From: Squalus acanthias
Lineage: Eukaryota
Assembly: GCA_030390025.1 (NCBI GenBank)
Contig: CM059438.1
Span: forward strand, 70,744,001-70,808,000
DNA: 64,000 nucleotides
Reading direction: 5' to 3'
Shown here: positions 50,895-64,000 of the stretch, in pieces
Position numbering within the stretch: the stretch's first letter is position 1
How the letters are laid out: each line of letters starts with the position of its first letter
Notes under the pieces: model-generated
What the model was told of the DNA's origin: nothing
Database searches by the model: none
The model's input: only the letters and a program-made list of their open reading frames with translations
Translations under genes and position numbers: made by a program

Positions 50895-52331
50895 TTTATA
50901 AAATGTATTTCAGTGTTGGACCTGGAATTACTCTGCCATATTTCCAGAAACGACTTGGCCAATGCTTCAAAAGCAGTATATATATTTCCAGCATTTGTCA
51001 TTGGAATGGGTCCAGATACCTGTTTCCATGACTTTTTTGCAATTATAAATATAAATATATTTTAAGTCAAACAGTTCAGGTAGGAACTGGAGTAGAGAGC
51101 ATCACGTCCAGGCACTGATAGCTTTTATTTACATTGCAGTATTTACAGTACCAAAAATTTACAGAGAAATTTAAACAAACTCTGTGACCGAGTTATGAAA
51201 TGAAATATACACAAAAGTTGTTGGGGCTGTACCCGCCCATAATTTCGAATGCTAAACTCTGACAGCAGCATTTTAAAGGTAGCAGACAAACTCTGCCATT
51301 GAGAGTTGAAAGCTATTCCACTGAAAGACGTGGCAAGTATCAAAAGTGCCCTCCACATTTACAATAACTCGGACTAAAATAAACCCGATGCATCAGCCAT
51401 TTATTTTAGCATTATATTTTACACCATACCTGGAATGCACTGCCTGAAAGGGTGGTGGAAGCACATTGAATAGTAACTTTCAAAAGCGAATTGGTTATAT
51501 ACTTGAAAAGGAAACATTTGCAGGGCTCAGGGGAAGTGGGACTAATTGAATAATTCTTTCAAAGAGCCGGCACAGGCAGAAATGGGCCGAATGGCCACCT
51601 TCTGTGCTGCATGATTCGGTGATTCTATGACCTGTTGTATAATCTGTATACAGGAAAAGACCGTTTTTCCCTATACAGTTTACAGTTAACTGCTTCAGTG
51701 CAGCGATTAGGAAACAGAATCTGCCCAGGAATCTTTGGAGGCAGATAGTGTGGAAACATTTAAGGGAGAATTGGCTAGGCATTTGGGGCAGGGGATTAGT
51801 CAGATAGGGACGGTCAGATGGACTGCAGAGCCTTTTCTTATCCTGTAATACGTTCTTGTATACACAAGTATTGGCTTCATTTGGGAATAGTACTTTCATA
51901 GTTCTTTTATGCCAAAGAAACATACAGTAGTTTCATGCACTCTGAAGAACATGCTTACCAACTGTAAAATCCAACTGTCAGAGATAAATGTTAGAAATTA
52001 TGGGCAGGAACAGCCCCAAGAGCTTGCGCATATATTTCACTTAATTACTTGTCATAGAGCTTGTTTAATTTCTAACTTTGCAATGTTTTTTGGCACTGCA
52101 AATATTGCAATATAAATAACTGTTATCAATGCCTGGATCTGACATTCCCTAATCCAGTTCCTTCCTGAACTGTTGATTTGTGATATATTTATAATTCCAA
52201 CAAGTATTGGAGACAGAAATTTAGAATCACCTTCATGTGGAATTATAACAATCTACTGATTTTTGACTATTGATTGGGGTGGTTTTGGAAGTATCGGAAA
52301 GATTTTTTTTCCACATACTGGACATCTTATA
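50895..52331. repeat. Old imperfect long inverted repeat (arms ~50895-51290 and ~51955-52331)
   Basis: Reverse-complement matches such as ACAGTTCAGGTAGGAACTGGA / TCCAGTTCCTTCCTGAACTGT and TTGGGGCTGTACCCGCCCATAATTTC / GAAATTATGGGCAGGAACAGCCCCAA. Confidence 0.85.
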
Positions 52332-52393
52332 CATACATGTAAATTTTTCACAATACATGTACTTTTTAGGGCAAATTCTTTCTAAAGGATAAA

Positions 52394-52574
52394 GGGGGTG
52401 AAATTGTTCTCAGCAGTATTTGTTTGTGCGTTCATATGAAATTTTCTGTGCACTGTTTTAACTTATTCCGTAACCCATTTTACTTTAAATGGATTGAAAT
52501 AGTGCATGGAGGAAATTTCATGTAAATGCGCAAAAGGGCTTTCTTCAGATTGCCAGTCGGAACAATTCTATCTC
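52394..52574. mobile_element. Short palindromic MITE
   Basis: Ends GGGGGTGAAATTGTTC / GAACAATTCTATCTC. Inner arms ATGAAATTTTCTGTGCACTG / TAGTGCATGGAGGAAATTTCAT. Confidence 0.65.
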
Positions 52575-53794
52575 TAAGATCTTTATAAAATTTAAGTCTC
52601 TGTCATAAATTCTAAAAACAAATCTAAAAAGGACCTACACAAGCTCACTTCTACTTTCTGATTTATGTTGTCTTCCCTCCTGCTCTTTTTACCTTATTCC
52701 ATCCCTCTCGCTCCTTTAAAATCCTCGGACTCTACCACCCCCAAAGCCCCACCCCGAGTTTCTCTCCGAGATATCTTCCCTCAGCCTCTTCACTGAGCAA
52801 CTCCTCATCCTCTGTTATTTCAATCTTTGCCCTCTCTCCTCTGATGCACTGTCCTCCCTAAATATTGATTAATCAGGAAATTATTTTAATCAAATTATAC
52901 CTCTTTGAGATAAGTAACAAAGCTGAACATGTGTAAATTGTCCCAACTTCAACCAGTTCAGATTTCACCGCAATCCCATTTTGTCCCATTAAGAGAAATG
53001 GTGGAAGGCACACCTAGTAGGATATTTTGCCAACTTGTGCCCCTGTCTACTTGTGTCACCTCCCGTCCTGCTTTCAAAAGCCATCTTAAGACCCCCCCTC
53101 ATCTTGGACCATGCTTTTGCTTCCCACAACCCCACCTGAATAACCAGATTGACACTGTTCAACATTTCAACTGAAGGATGGCACTTCCAAAAATGTAGCA
53201 CTCCCTTAGTACTGCACAGCAGTAGATTCTGTGCTCTAGTCCTGGACTGGAGCTTGAACCCTGAGCGCTCTGTCTCAGAGACAAGAGTGTAACCAACTGA
53301 GCCAAGCAGATGTTCTATATATAAATGGGCTAACACCTCCGTTAAAATAGCCAACAGTGAAACTTTATACAAATGTGATAAGTGATTGTAAGTGTGATTT
53401 CCAGGCTATATTCTTTTGTTCTTGCTTTATATACTAGTATTTTATTAGCTTTTTTAATTGCTTCACCACATTAACATTGAAAGTAACTGTCTTTTATTAC
53501 TCCCAAGGTCCTTCCTAAGCCTCCTTGTGCTCATTCAGTTCCATTCACTACACACTTGTGTGATTTTTTTTTTACCTTATCTGTGTTAAGTTTTGTTTGC
53601 CATGTATCTGTGCAATTGCAAAACCAAGCTAAACGTTTTTGCAAATCCTTTGCTGCATCCCCTGTCTCGACTGGGCAGCACATTTAATCAGCTTACAATT
53701 TGGTATCCAGGGTGTTTTTGCATATCAGAAACAATAGCTATTCTACAATTTATGTTCTCTGCAATTTCAGAGATCAGCGTTGGCGGTAAAGATT

Positions 53795-53990
53795 GAGAAA
53801 CAGCAAGGCTAACCAGTTCGAATTCTGTTCTTCAACCCTTGGGATCTATGGTTAAATCTAGCCCAGACTAATACACTGAGTTTCCTCTGTCTATTGGCTG
53901 TAAAGGTACAACATTTTGACAGCCTTAACCCTGTTCTGAGTGGATATATGTCCACAGCATAAAACTATCTGTAGCTTATCCAACGATAGG
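53795..53990 (+). mobile_element. LF-SINE-like ancient SINE fragment
   Basis: AATCTAGCCCAG...GGCTGT...AGTGGA...GTCCACAGCATAAAAC resembles the LF-SINE body as I recall it. Not verified. Confidence 0.4.
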
Positions 53991-55849
53991 TTGAAGTAAA
54001 AAGTAATGTTGGTGACAGGGAAGGGGTACCGGTGAAGGTTTCTACAATGTATGCATGATTGCTTTCTAGATCGGTGTGTTTTTAATCCAATATGAAAGGA
54101 AGCAACACTAGATCTAATGCTAGAAAGTGAAGTGGGACCAGTAGGTAAAGTAAGGGTAGGAGAACATCAAGGACCATAGCAGAATTAGGTTCCATATAAA
54201 AGTTGAAAACGAGAGGGAACAAAGATAAAAGGTACTTGGCTGGAAAAAGCTAATTTCAGTGAGATTAAAAAGGGAGCTAGCTCAGATAAATTGGAGGGAA
54301 AAAATTGGCAGATAAGACAGTGAGCAATCAAGAGATGATTAAAATACAGACCAGTGATATTCCACAAAAAGGAAAAGGAAGGCTGGATAAACCCGGATGA
54401 GTAGAGAAATAAAAAATAAAATGACACTCACAAAAGAGCATAAAGCTAATAATGCAAAAGAAAATGAAGCCAAACATAGAAAATATAGAGGGGAAGCTGC
54501 AATCCTCAGCCTTTCCAGACTCATTAAATGCCTGCACCTGTAATTGCCATTCCTCCAGCACAGTACTAATATGTTACAAGGGAGTTGTGCTCAACCAACG
54601 CTACTGCATTTCAAATGAGCTGACCCTATGATTTATGGTGGGTTCAAAGTTGGGGAAGGTTGTAGGCCCAAGTGCCTCTCTTGGGGTGCAGCCCAAGTGT
54701 ATGTGGCCCCATGTCAAATTTTGGTCACTCTACTTTAGAAAGAATATCAAAGCCATAGGATAGGGTACAGATTTACAACAAGGATACCAGCGTTGAGGGG
54801 CTTTAATTAAGAGGAGCAACTCGAGAAACTGGAGCTTAGTTCATGAGAGCAGACGAGGCAAAGGTGAGATCGGATAGAGGCCTTCAAAATGATGAAGGGT
54901 TTTGATGTGGTATGTAGGGAAAAACTATTCCAGCCATCAGTGAGTCAGTAACTAGAGGGTATAAATTTAAAATCATCAGCAAAACAACAAAGAGAGAGTT
55001 TAGGAGAATGTTTTTTTATTTACACAAAGCATTGTTAAGATATTGAATGCCCGACCAGAAGCAGTGGTGGAAGTAGTCCACTCTGTCTGCTATATAAATT
55101 TCAATGGTTCTGTGATTCTAGTTTTATTGACATTAAATAGCCAGCCTCTCACTAAGAAACTGCAAGGATGGCACATATGAAAATTGCAAACATCATACTG
55201 GTGCAGTACAGGGTTGTCTTTTCCGACTTGGAGAAAATACACTGTTGGGGCAGTGCAGAAAGCAGTGCAGAGAGCTTCATCTTACTTCTAACTTATGTTA
55301 GACCTGGAGTGGTTAACACACTGGGCTGGATTTTGCCAGCGCTCAGGGGGCAGGTTTGGAGGCGGGTCAGGTGGGAAAGTCGGAAAAAGTGGCGGCGGCT
55401 TCCGATCCCGCCACCAACCCGCCTCCGCGCAACTTCCCCAGAGGCGAGCTTGGAGAGACCGCTTCGGTCCCGCCTCCAGGCAGCGGGACAGGCCCTTAAG
55501 GCCCTTACCAGCCACTTAGCCACCTCTGTAAGCCGATTTTGAGAGGCCCTTCAGATTTTCCAACGCTTTCAGCGGCCTGCACACCTCTCCTGAAACACGC
55601 CGGCTGTACCTGGCGGTTTCACTGGCGGCTGCCTTCCCGCCTGCTGCCTCTCCAGCATAAAAGCAGAGCTTTCACCAAGGATCACTTGGGTGTTGCCAAA
55701 CTTTGTTTTTTCAGGTATTGGTGAACTTCTTGCAGGCCGACTGATTTAGGATTTAGTGAGTATGAGATTCATCTCCAGTGTCACCTCCTGGGGCAACCCT
55801 CCCCCCACATTCCCTGAGCCCTTCCTCGCCTGAGGTTTCCACCAGCAGC

Positions 55850-56312
55850 ATGGGAACCATTTATCTCCTTCAATCGTGGACCTCAGCCTCGGACGAGGAG
55901 CATCCGCGGCCGCAGCAGCACCAGGAATAACAGTAGCAACAGCAGCACCAACAGCAGCAGCGTCAGACTCCTCCTCACCCAGCTGATGCTGCACAGGGCA
56001 GAGGGCGTTAGCGCAGGGAAGCACGTCACTGCAGGAGAGAGCCCCAAAACAGGGTTTAAAGGCAGAGGATGACCTTCCCCAACATGACTAAGCAGCAGTG
56101 CCAAAGGAGGCTGAGAGTTTTGTTATAGATAGTCGCAGACATCTGCGCTATGCTGCACCAACATCTGGAGGCCAGAGGAGCGGATGGAAACCCCTCACCA
56201 GTGGCTGTGAAAGTCACCACCGCACTCACCTTTTTTGCTTCAGTCTCCTTCCAGGGATCATCAGCAGCCATCAGCGGCATCTCCCAGTCGGCCGCACACG
56301 GTTGCATGACGC
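55850..56312 (+). pseudogene. Harbinger transposase N-terminal half; catalytic DDE region deleted
   Basis: RMTFPNMTKQQCQRRLR and PVAVKVTTALTFFASVSFQGSSAAISGISQSAAHGCM are HARBI1-like HTH-region motifs. Homology stops at ~56312. Confidence 0.85.
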
Positions 56313-56574
56313 TTAAGTTGCCCAATCAAACACATGTGGCTGGCACCTTCTTACCACTACATAGACAATGGACAAGCACCTGTGGCTTCCTATCACTGTG
56401 ACCACCATCATGACCAGTCCAAGTTGCCCTGAGTCCTCAAAGTGGAACTTTCATTTCCGATATGACAAAGACCACAACAGCAGCAGTTTGCCATCAGTGC
56501 AGTTTATTAAAATAAGGAAATGATGGCATCTAATAATTGAACAGAACAGAACACCCAAGTGACTACCCTTGTGA

Positions 56575-58511
56575 CTACTTGTGCTTAATCTTCCTCTTAC
56601 GCGTGCTCCTATGTGTTGGTTCCCCTGTAGCTTCAGCAGATGTGGAGGCACCTTGCTCACTTTCATGCTGCTCCTGCTTGGACACCTTTGGCGGGCGTCC
56701 TCTGGGTTTGCGAGCCTGCGATGGCTCAGCAAACATCTGCTCCTCCTGCGGTAGTGCAGGGGCTGAGATGGCCATCTCAGTTGGATGAGGAATCTGGTGG
56801 GGCTCTGACCGAGGGCTCCGCAGTGGCATGTGAGTGTGAGCGCCTGCAGAGGAGCCCCCACTTCCTTGTTGGCTGCCACCAACATCCCTCTCATGGGTCA
56901 GCCCCACTTCAGTGCTAGCAAGTGGCTGGACAGCACCTTGCTGCACATCAGGGGGACCATGAGGACCCGTATCTGCAGTGGCAATCTGACTCCAGAGGAC
57001 TTCCATGAAGCTCTGGTTTCTCTGCTCAATAGCTGTCCATCGCTCCTCCGGAGATGTCAGTCTATTCTGAGCAATGACCATGTTTTCAACACTCTGGTGA
57101 CTTAGCTCCTCGATGGCCGTAGCCATCCTCTCCTGTACCATAGCATCCTTTCCACGGAGGTTGCCATCCTTTCTGAGGTGATGCGTTCATGTGCCAATGA
57201 CTCCACAAAGGCTCTGCTCATATTAGAGTTGGACTCCTCCATCCTCTCCACACACGCAGTGACCCTGGAGACAAAACCTGCCAGAGACTCCTGCACCTGT
57301 TCCTGGAGTTCCAGCACTGCTCACCTTCTGTATGGACCCGGAGGCACAGGGTCCACATGCAGCTGAGCAGAGCTAGGAGAGTCCTGCGACCTCCGACGAG
57401 GACTCTCCGCTGCTGTCCCTGTCTCCACCATCTGCTGATGCTCACTTGTGAGCGGTGATACACCAGGTGACAACACTACTCTATGTCGCGAGGGTCTCAC
57501 CGAGGTGTGCGTATCTGCGCTGGTGCTGGGTGCGCTTACATCTGCTGACACTGCATCCTCAGAGGTTGCAGGTTCCTCTGAGGAGTCTTCATGGTTGCCT
57601 TCTTCCTCCAGGACACTGGCGAGGGGGGATGTCGATGGTCCTGTGATGGAGTAAAGTTGGAGTTGAACAACTGATATTAATGTAGCATGCACATGGAGTT
57701 GTGCAGATCATCAATAGTCAATCCGTATGAGCATCAGCAGCAATTTCAGTCACTCATGCAATGTAAATGAGAGAGATGCAAAACTATTCTATCACCAGCT
57801 TGCTCCTCTGTGACCTTCTGTTCGTCCCCGACTTCCACATCCAGGCTAGCACCAACGATCTCCAGGGCCGCCTCCTCAGCATTAGTGAGATGGGCTGTTG
57901 AGGGTGGCCCTTCTCCAGTCCTCGTCCTTTCCCTGCAGGGAGACAAGTGGAGTTTGATTGAGAATAATGGAGTGAGTGTAGAGATTCATGAGCACAGATG
58001 CTTAGAAGGAGACAGGGATGGAGTGAGGTGCAGATACCAAGGGCCCTCCCTGTGTGTTGGTAGTTGTTGAAAGTGCATAACTGTGATAGGGAGTGTGAGG
58101 GCAGCATAGTTGAATAGTGAAGTGCTTGTGAACGTAGAGAGAGAGGGATGGTTAGAGGTGCAAGGGATGTAAGGGTACAGTGGGATGTGTAAGAGTAGGT
58201 TGACAATGCAGAGTGTTGGTGATGAGAGGAGATGGGGAGCAGAATGAGGGTAAAGGTGATGCTTTACTCACTTTTCCTGTTCGAACAAGGTCATTGAACC
58301 TTTTACGGCACTGCAGCCAGGTTCTGCTGCAGACCGACCTGCTGCTCACTTCCCTCGCGATCTGACGCCATACAGCTTTTGTCTGCTGGGGAGGCTTCTT
58401 CCTCCCAGAAGAGGGGAAGAGCACCTCCTTGTTAGCTGTGACTCCCTCTACCAACACTTGGAGCGAGTCATCGGTGAATCTTGGCGAGGCTTTGGGCCTT
58501 GAGGTAGACAT
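56575..58511 (-). pseudogene. Harbinger Myb/SANT-like DNA-binding protein gene, 3 exons (58511-58272, 57932-57796, 57640-56575), frameshifted
   Basis: Exon 1 is PRFTDDSLQVLVEGV...W..IA.EV......RTWLQCRKRFNDL followed by GTGAGT. Exon 2 is ERTRTGEGPP...EEAALEI followed by GTGATA. Exon 3 follows CATCACAG in the correct phase and ends KPRGRPPK...RKRKIKHK*. Minus-strand AATAAA at 56503-56508. Confidence 0.85.
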
Positions 58512-58949
58512 CGCCGATGAAGGCAGGATCCCCAGGCTTCCACAGTATCAGCAAAACAGGCGCATAAGGAACAAGCCAGCTTGGAGGCCTTAAATCCAGT
58601 TAGATAAGTGGCAGCAGCAGAGGCGAGTTTCAGTCCCAAAACACTAATTGACACGGGGGAACCCACACGCCCGGAATTCATTGGCCAATTAGGGTAAAAT
58701 CTCAACTTTTTCTGACCTGACAACGGGGGCGGGTTCGGGACCCGCCTGCCACCTGACCCGCACCCAACCCGCGGCCACTGTCTCCAGATAATGAAGCAGA
58801 AAAATGTTCTCTTCTCCACCACTGACACCTCTCAGTTCCCTGAGTGCAAAAGAACTCTGAATAAACCTAAGTCTGGCCCAGTTGAAAGTTTACTTGCAAT
58901 GCCACATCACTTTTTTTTTCACTGTTCCCATCTGAGCAGTAAAATAAAT

Positions 58950-59390
58950 ACTTATATAACTTATATACCGCCTCAGGACGTCCCATAGCACTTTACAGCC
59001 AATTAGTACTTTTGAAGTGTAGTCAATATTGTAACATAGGAAACACAGCAGCCAATTTGCGCACAGCAAGGTTCCACAAACAGTAATGAGGTAATGACCA
59101 GATCGTCTGTTCTTGATGTTGGCTGAGGGATAAATATTGGTCAGGACACTGAGGTGAATACCCCTGCTCTTCTTCGAAATAGTGCCATGGGATATTTGAC
59201 GTCCACCTGAGAGGACAGACGGGGCTTTGGTTTAATGTCCCATCCGAAAGACGGCACCTCCAACAGTGCAGTACTCCCTCAGTACTGCACTGGAGCGTCA
59301 GCCTTGATTTTGTACTCAAGCCTCTGGAGTGGAACCCACAACCTTCTGACTCAGAGGCGAGAGTGCTACCCACTGAGCCACGGCTGACAC
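58950..59390 (-). mobile_element. tRNA-derived SINE (SacSINE1/DeuSINE-like)
   Basis: Same family as 30339 and 34761. Further diverged or partial copies at ~49135-49450, ~53150-53305 and ~62200-62610. Confidence 0.85.
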
Positions 59391-59863
59391 GCTTAAACTA
59401 TAGGCACCATCCTGTGATTTTGAGACTGGGGTGTTTCCCTTTTGTTGTATGCCCAGGACGTTTCTTTGCATCATTTTCAGTGTTACACAGAAAGAAAGGT
59501 AGCTGCTTAAATTCAGACCAGCCCATCCAACTCAAAGCCAGACCCGAACCACTGTAACACTGGGTCTACAGGCAAGTTAAAAGTTGGCTCGGTTCAGGTT
59601 TGGATTTTATTTTGAAGGACAGAGTAATCTGTCATGTTCTGAGGAATCTGAACCCTACCCCAAATGAACTGGCTAAAGGCCAAGCAATTCTGAACTGACT
59701 AAGATTAGCTGGGTTAGACTTTCATCTCTGGACCTCACTCACCCTGAAGGTAAACACCAACAGATAAAAATGTTGTTACTGTGGATTCATTACCATACGA
59801 ACAATTCAAAGGAAGAAAGCTGCGAAAAGTCCTTTTACCATGCGTACAACCCAGTGAAGTGTG

Positions 59864-62031
59864 CATAAGAACATAAGAATTGGAGCAGGAGTAGGCCATA
59901 TGGGCCCTCGAGCCTGCTCCGCCATTCAATAAGATCATGGCTGATCTTCGACCTCAACTCCACTTTCCTGCCCTATCCCCGTATCCTTTAATTCCTCTGG
60001 AGTCCAAAAATCTATCTATCTCAGCCTTGAATATACTCAACGACTGAGCATCTACTGCACTTTGGGGCAGAGAATTACAAAGATTCACAACCTTCTGAGT
60101 GAAGAAATTCCTCCTCATCTCAGTCTTAAAAGGCCGGGCCCTTATCCTGAGAATATGCCCCCTAGTTCTCGACTCTCCAGCTAGGGGGAAAAATCTTTCA
60201 GCATCTACCCTGTCAATCCCCCTCAGAATCTTTTATGTTTCAATGAGATCACCTCTCATTCTTCTCAACTCAAGAGAGTATAGTCCCAATCTACTCAATC
60301 TCTCCTCATAGGACAACTCTCTCATCCCAGGGATCAATCTAGTGAACCTTAGTTGCACTGCCTCTAAGGCAAGTATATCCTTCCTTAAATAAGGAGACCA
60401 AAACTGTGCACAGTACTCCAGGTGTGGTCTCACCAGAGCCCTGTACAGTTGTAGGAAGACGTCCTTATTCTTGTACTCCAACCTTCTAGCAATAAAGGCC
60501 AACATGCCATTTGCCTTCCTAATTGTTTGCTGTACCTGCATGCGAACTCTTTCTGTTTCTTGTACTAAGACACCCACATTTTTCTGAACACCAACATTTA
60601 ATAGTTTCTCACCATTTAAAAAATATTCTGTTTTTCTATTCTTCCTACCAAAGTGAATAACCTTACATTTCTCCACATTATACTCCATCTGCCATCTTAT
60701 TGCCCACTCACTTAACCTGTCTATATCCCTTTGCAGGCTCTTTGCATCCTCCTCACATCTTACTTTTCCACCTAGCTTTGTATCGTCAGCAAACTTGGAT
60801 ACATTGCACTCGGTCCCTTCATCTAAGTCATTAATATAGATTGTAAATAGCTGAGGCCCAAGCACTGATCCTTGCGGCACCCCACTAGTAACAGCCTGCC
60901 AATCTGAAAATGACCCGTTTATCCCTACTCTCTGTTTTCTGTCTGTTAACCAATCCTTTATCCATGCTAATACCTTTCCCCCAACCACATGTGCCATTAT
61001 CTTGCTTAACAACCTTTTATGTGGCACCTTATCGAATGCCTTTTGGAAATCCAAACATACTAAATCCACTGGTTCCCCTAATCTCCCCTGCTAGTTACAT
61101 CCTCAAAAAACTCTAATAAATTTGTCAAACACAAATTCCCTTTCATAAAACCATGTTGACTCTGCCTAATCATATTATGATTTTCTAAGTACCCTGTTAC
61201 CACTTCCTTAATAATGGATTCTAGCATTTTCCCAACGACTGATGTCAGGCTAACTGGCCTGTAGTTCCCAGTTTTCTCTCTCCTTTCTTGAATAGTGGGG
61301 TTACATTTGCTACCTTCCAATCCGCTGGGGCCTTTCCTGAATCTAGGGAATTTTGGAAGATCCGAACCAATGCACCCATTATCTCTGCAGCCACCTCTTT
61401 TAGAACCCTAGGATGTAGGCCATCAGGTCCAGGGAATTTGTCGGCTTTTAGTCCCATTATTTTCTCAAGTACATTTTCTCTACTGATATTAATTACTTTA
61501 AGTTCCTCACTCTCATTAGCCCCTTGGTTCCCCACTATTTTTGGTATACTTTTTGTGCCTTCTACTGTGAAGACAGATACAAAATATTTGTTTAAAGCCT
61601 CTGCCATTTCCTTGTTCCCCAATATAATTTCTCCTGTCTCAGCCTCTAAGGGACCAATGCTTACTTTTGCTACTCTCTCTTTGCATACTTGTAGAAGCTC
61701 TTACAATCTGTTTTTATATTTCTTGCTAATTTACTCTCGTATTCTATTTTCTCCTGTTATTTCAATGTTTTTAGTCATCCTTTGCTGGTTTCTAAAACTC
61801 TCCCAATCCTCAGGCTTACTACTATTCTTTGCAACATTATAAGCCTCCTCTTTTAATCTAATGCTATCCTTAACTTCTTTAGTTAGCCACATATGAATCA
61901 CTTTTCCCGTGGAGTTTTTATTTCTCAATGAAATATACATTCATCGAGAATTTTGGAATATTTCTTTAAATGATTACCACTGCTTATCTACTGTCATTCC
62001 TTTTAATCTAATTTCCCAATCTACCTTAGCC
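59864..62031 (-). mobile_element. CR1 LINE, 5'-truncated, RT region fragmented by frameshifts
   Basis: ORF 60233..61069 has LDFQKAFDKV, GVPQGSVLGP and intact FADD. Further fragments at 61078..61320, 61245..61622 and 61731..61940. (CATAAGAA)n tail. Confidence 0.95.
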
Positions 62032-64000
62032 TTGCTAAAAAGTGAATTGATGCAATTTTTTTTACGGAGTAAGCATTGGGACTATAATTCTGCTATTGAA
62101 ATGTGTGCATGAATAACAATTAAGTACTGCTACTCCCACTTTATGGAGCAGACTTCCAAAGAAATAACCAAGCTTGGGAAAAGAGTGAAAAAGATAATCA
62201 TGAAAGAAAGACTTGATTTTATATAGTGCCTCATCACCTCTCTCAGAAATAGTTCAAGATGTGCTTCCTGTACATGAGCTACTTTGAATTGCGGTGACTG
62301 TTGAGCCACAAGCAAATGTGACAGCCATTTTGCATGCAGCAATATCCGACAAACATCACTGAGATGAATGATCAGTTAATTTGTTTTTGGGTGGTTTTTG
62401 TTGAGGGAGGGATGTTGGTCAAGACTACCTTGTCTTCAGATAGTCTGATGGGATCTTTAATGCTCGTCTGAACGACCGGAGCAGAATAGAGTCAAAGTTC
62501 AATGACTTATCTGAAAGACGGCATCTCTAGCAATGCAGTACTGCATTGAAGTGTCAGCTTAGATGATGTGGTCCAAGTCCTGGAGTGGGGCTCGAACCCA
62601 CAACTTTGAGAGGGTTAATACCTAAAGCCGATTATATAGCATCTTACACCAAAATATCCCAAAATACTATACACAATTAATTTTTGAAGTGCAGTAACTA
62701 CTATGTAGCAGAGTACTTTGTTTTTAAATCATTAAACTGAATGCGTCTTCTGCCTTTTGCTCGGCTATGGCAGAATCTGTCTTTCATACTGTGTATTGGA
62801 AGGACAGAAAATAATCTTTATTTTCAATTTATTTTATAATTAAACCAAGATGGTAGGGGTTGGTTCTGCATTGCATGCTGAGAATTCTTCTTATTTATAA
62901 CAAACCATTTCCTGTCCAGCCTGGCCAAAAGTATTATGAAATGACCCAAAAGTGGCTGTACTTTTCTGAATAAAATAGCCTAAATTATAATTAGAAAATA
63001 TGATCCAGAATTAGCACTAGAGCTGTGCAAGCCTATACCTGAACCAAACCAAACTAAACTGAACTAACTGAAAATGTGGACCCTTGACCTCCAAGGGTCA
63101 AAATCTATAATTTTAACAGTATTTGCTGGAAGGCAGGAAATTCAAACCAGGTTGCCCTGGATTGTTCAGTGTAAAATGATGGTATTGTTCCTGTAGGAGT
63201 GATATATTATCCAATTTTAAGATTAAACATATTAGCAGAAACTCAAATGAGCATAAAAAGAAAAGAACTGCCCTAAATAGACTCTCCCCTGGATTAGTTC
63301 TGATAACAGTTTCTCTTGAATCCCACAGACATCCATGTTGCACTCTATGCCAGTTCAGTTGAGATGCGATTTCCCTTATCCCCAATCATCAAACTTCTTC
63401 GGGATTGTGTAGCGACATGTGAATGTAAAGTTTGCTAAGTTTCAATTTGCATCAAATTGGGCAATAGTGAACAAGAAGGCATGTGCTGAGAAGGAGTTTT
63501 ACCACAGCAGTGACTGTTCTTGGCACAAAGTGAAGCCAAGTGCTGAATACAATCACTCATATGTTAAAAGCATCAATATCCACATACCTTCAAGCTCACT
63601 GTTACTACCAGCTAGCCTTTTTTTAACATACGTGGTATGATAATTGGAATAACAATGAAATATATCTTGTTTTAAAGGGTAATTATAGTTCAGTATCAGG
63701 TACAAGGAATCATACGTACGGCATCAATTCACTGACTTTTTGTTTCCTAAATAATAGTAATTATAGGGTTCCACAGACTGTAAACATTACAGGCTACTAC
63801 TGTGTTTCATTGTGTAAATGAGCTGCGTGGGACTTCCCTTGAAAAACGTCATCCCTATCTGTTCACTACATTAAAATTAATGTATATCAGGAGTCCCCCG
63901 TGGAGTCCTGCAAATATCATTAATTGTAGACCAAAGAAGGTAAAAAGAAAATAATGGCGACATTGTTCAGAGCCCATCTGGAGTATTGTGTGTAGTTCAG

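Larger units (their letters stand above)
55323..58778. mobile_element. PIF/Harbinger transposon derivative with convergent transposase (+) and Myb/SANT (-) genes
   Basis: Left TIR GGGCTGGATTTTGCC and both gene remnants are present. The right terminus is eroded. Confidence 0.9.

Noticed and set aside
55850..56312. Host HARBI1 or NAIF1 gene
   Set aside because: The sequences are frameshifted, truncated, flanked by a TIR and present as several related copies. They are transposon remnants, not domesticated genes.

Overview
Repeat-dense vertebrate genomic DNA, most likely intronic or intergenic. The CR1/HER1-type LINEs, V-SINE and tRNA-headed DeuSINE-like SINEs, RTE and Penelope-like remnants point to a cartilaginous fish (shark). 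I found no intact host protein-coding exon. Every recognisable long ORF is transposon-derived: CR1 esterase, endonuclease and RT; the RTE C-terminus; PIF/Harbinger transposase and Myb/SANT genes. Signals not visible in the ORF track: (1) a frameshifted, apparently intronless tetraspanin-like pseudogene at ~26.7-28.1 kb, split by a MITE; (2) a ~660-bp segment duplicated 12 kb away into a CR1 fragment, then hit by a V-SINE; (3) a MITE family whose internal hairpins are kept although the stem sequences differ; (4) a Harbinger derivative with a 3-exon Myb/SANT + AT-hook-like gene; (5) an old ~390-bp-arm inverted repeat; (6) a decayed hammerhead ribozyme; (7) several nested insertions that order transposon activity. 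All family assignments are by eye, without database searches. I see no convincing wholly new biological system.
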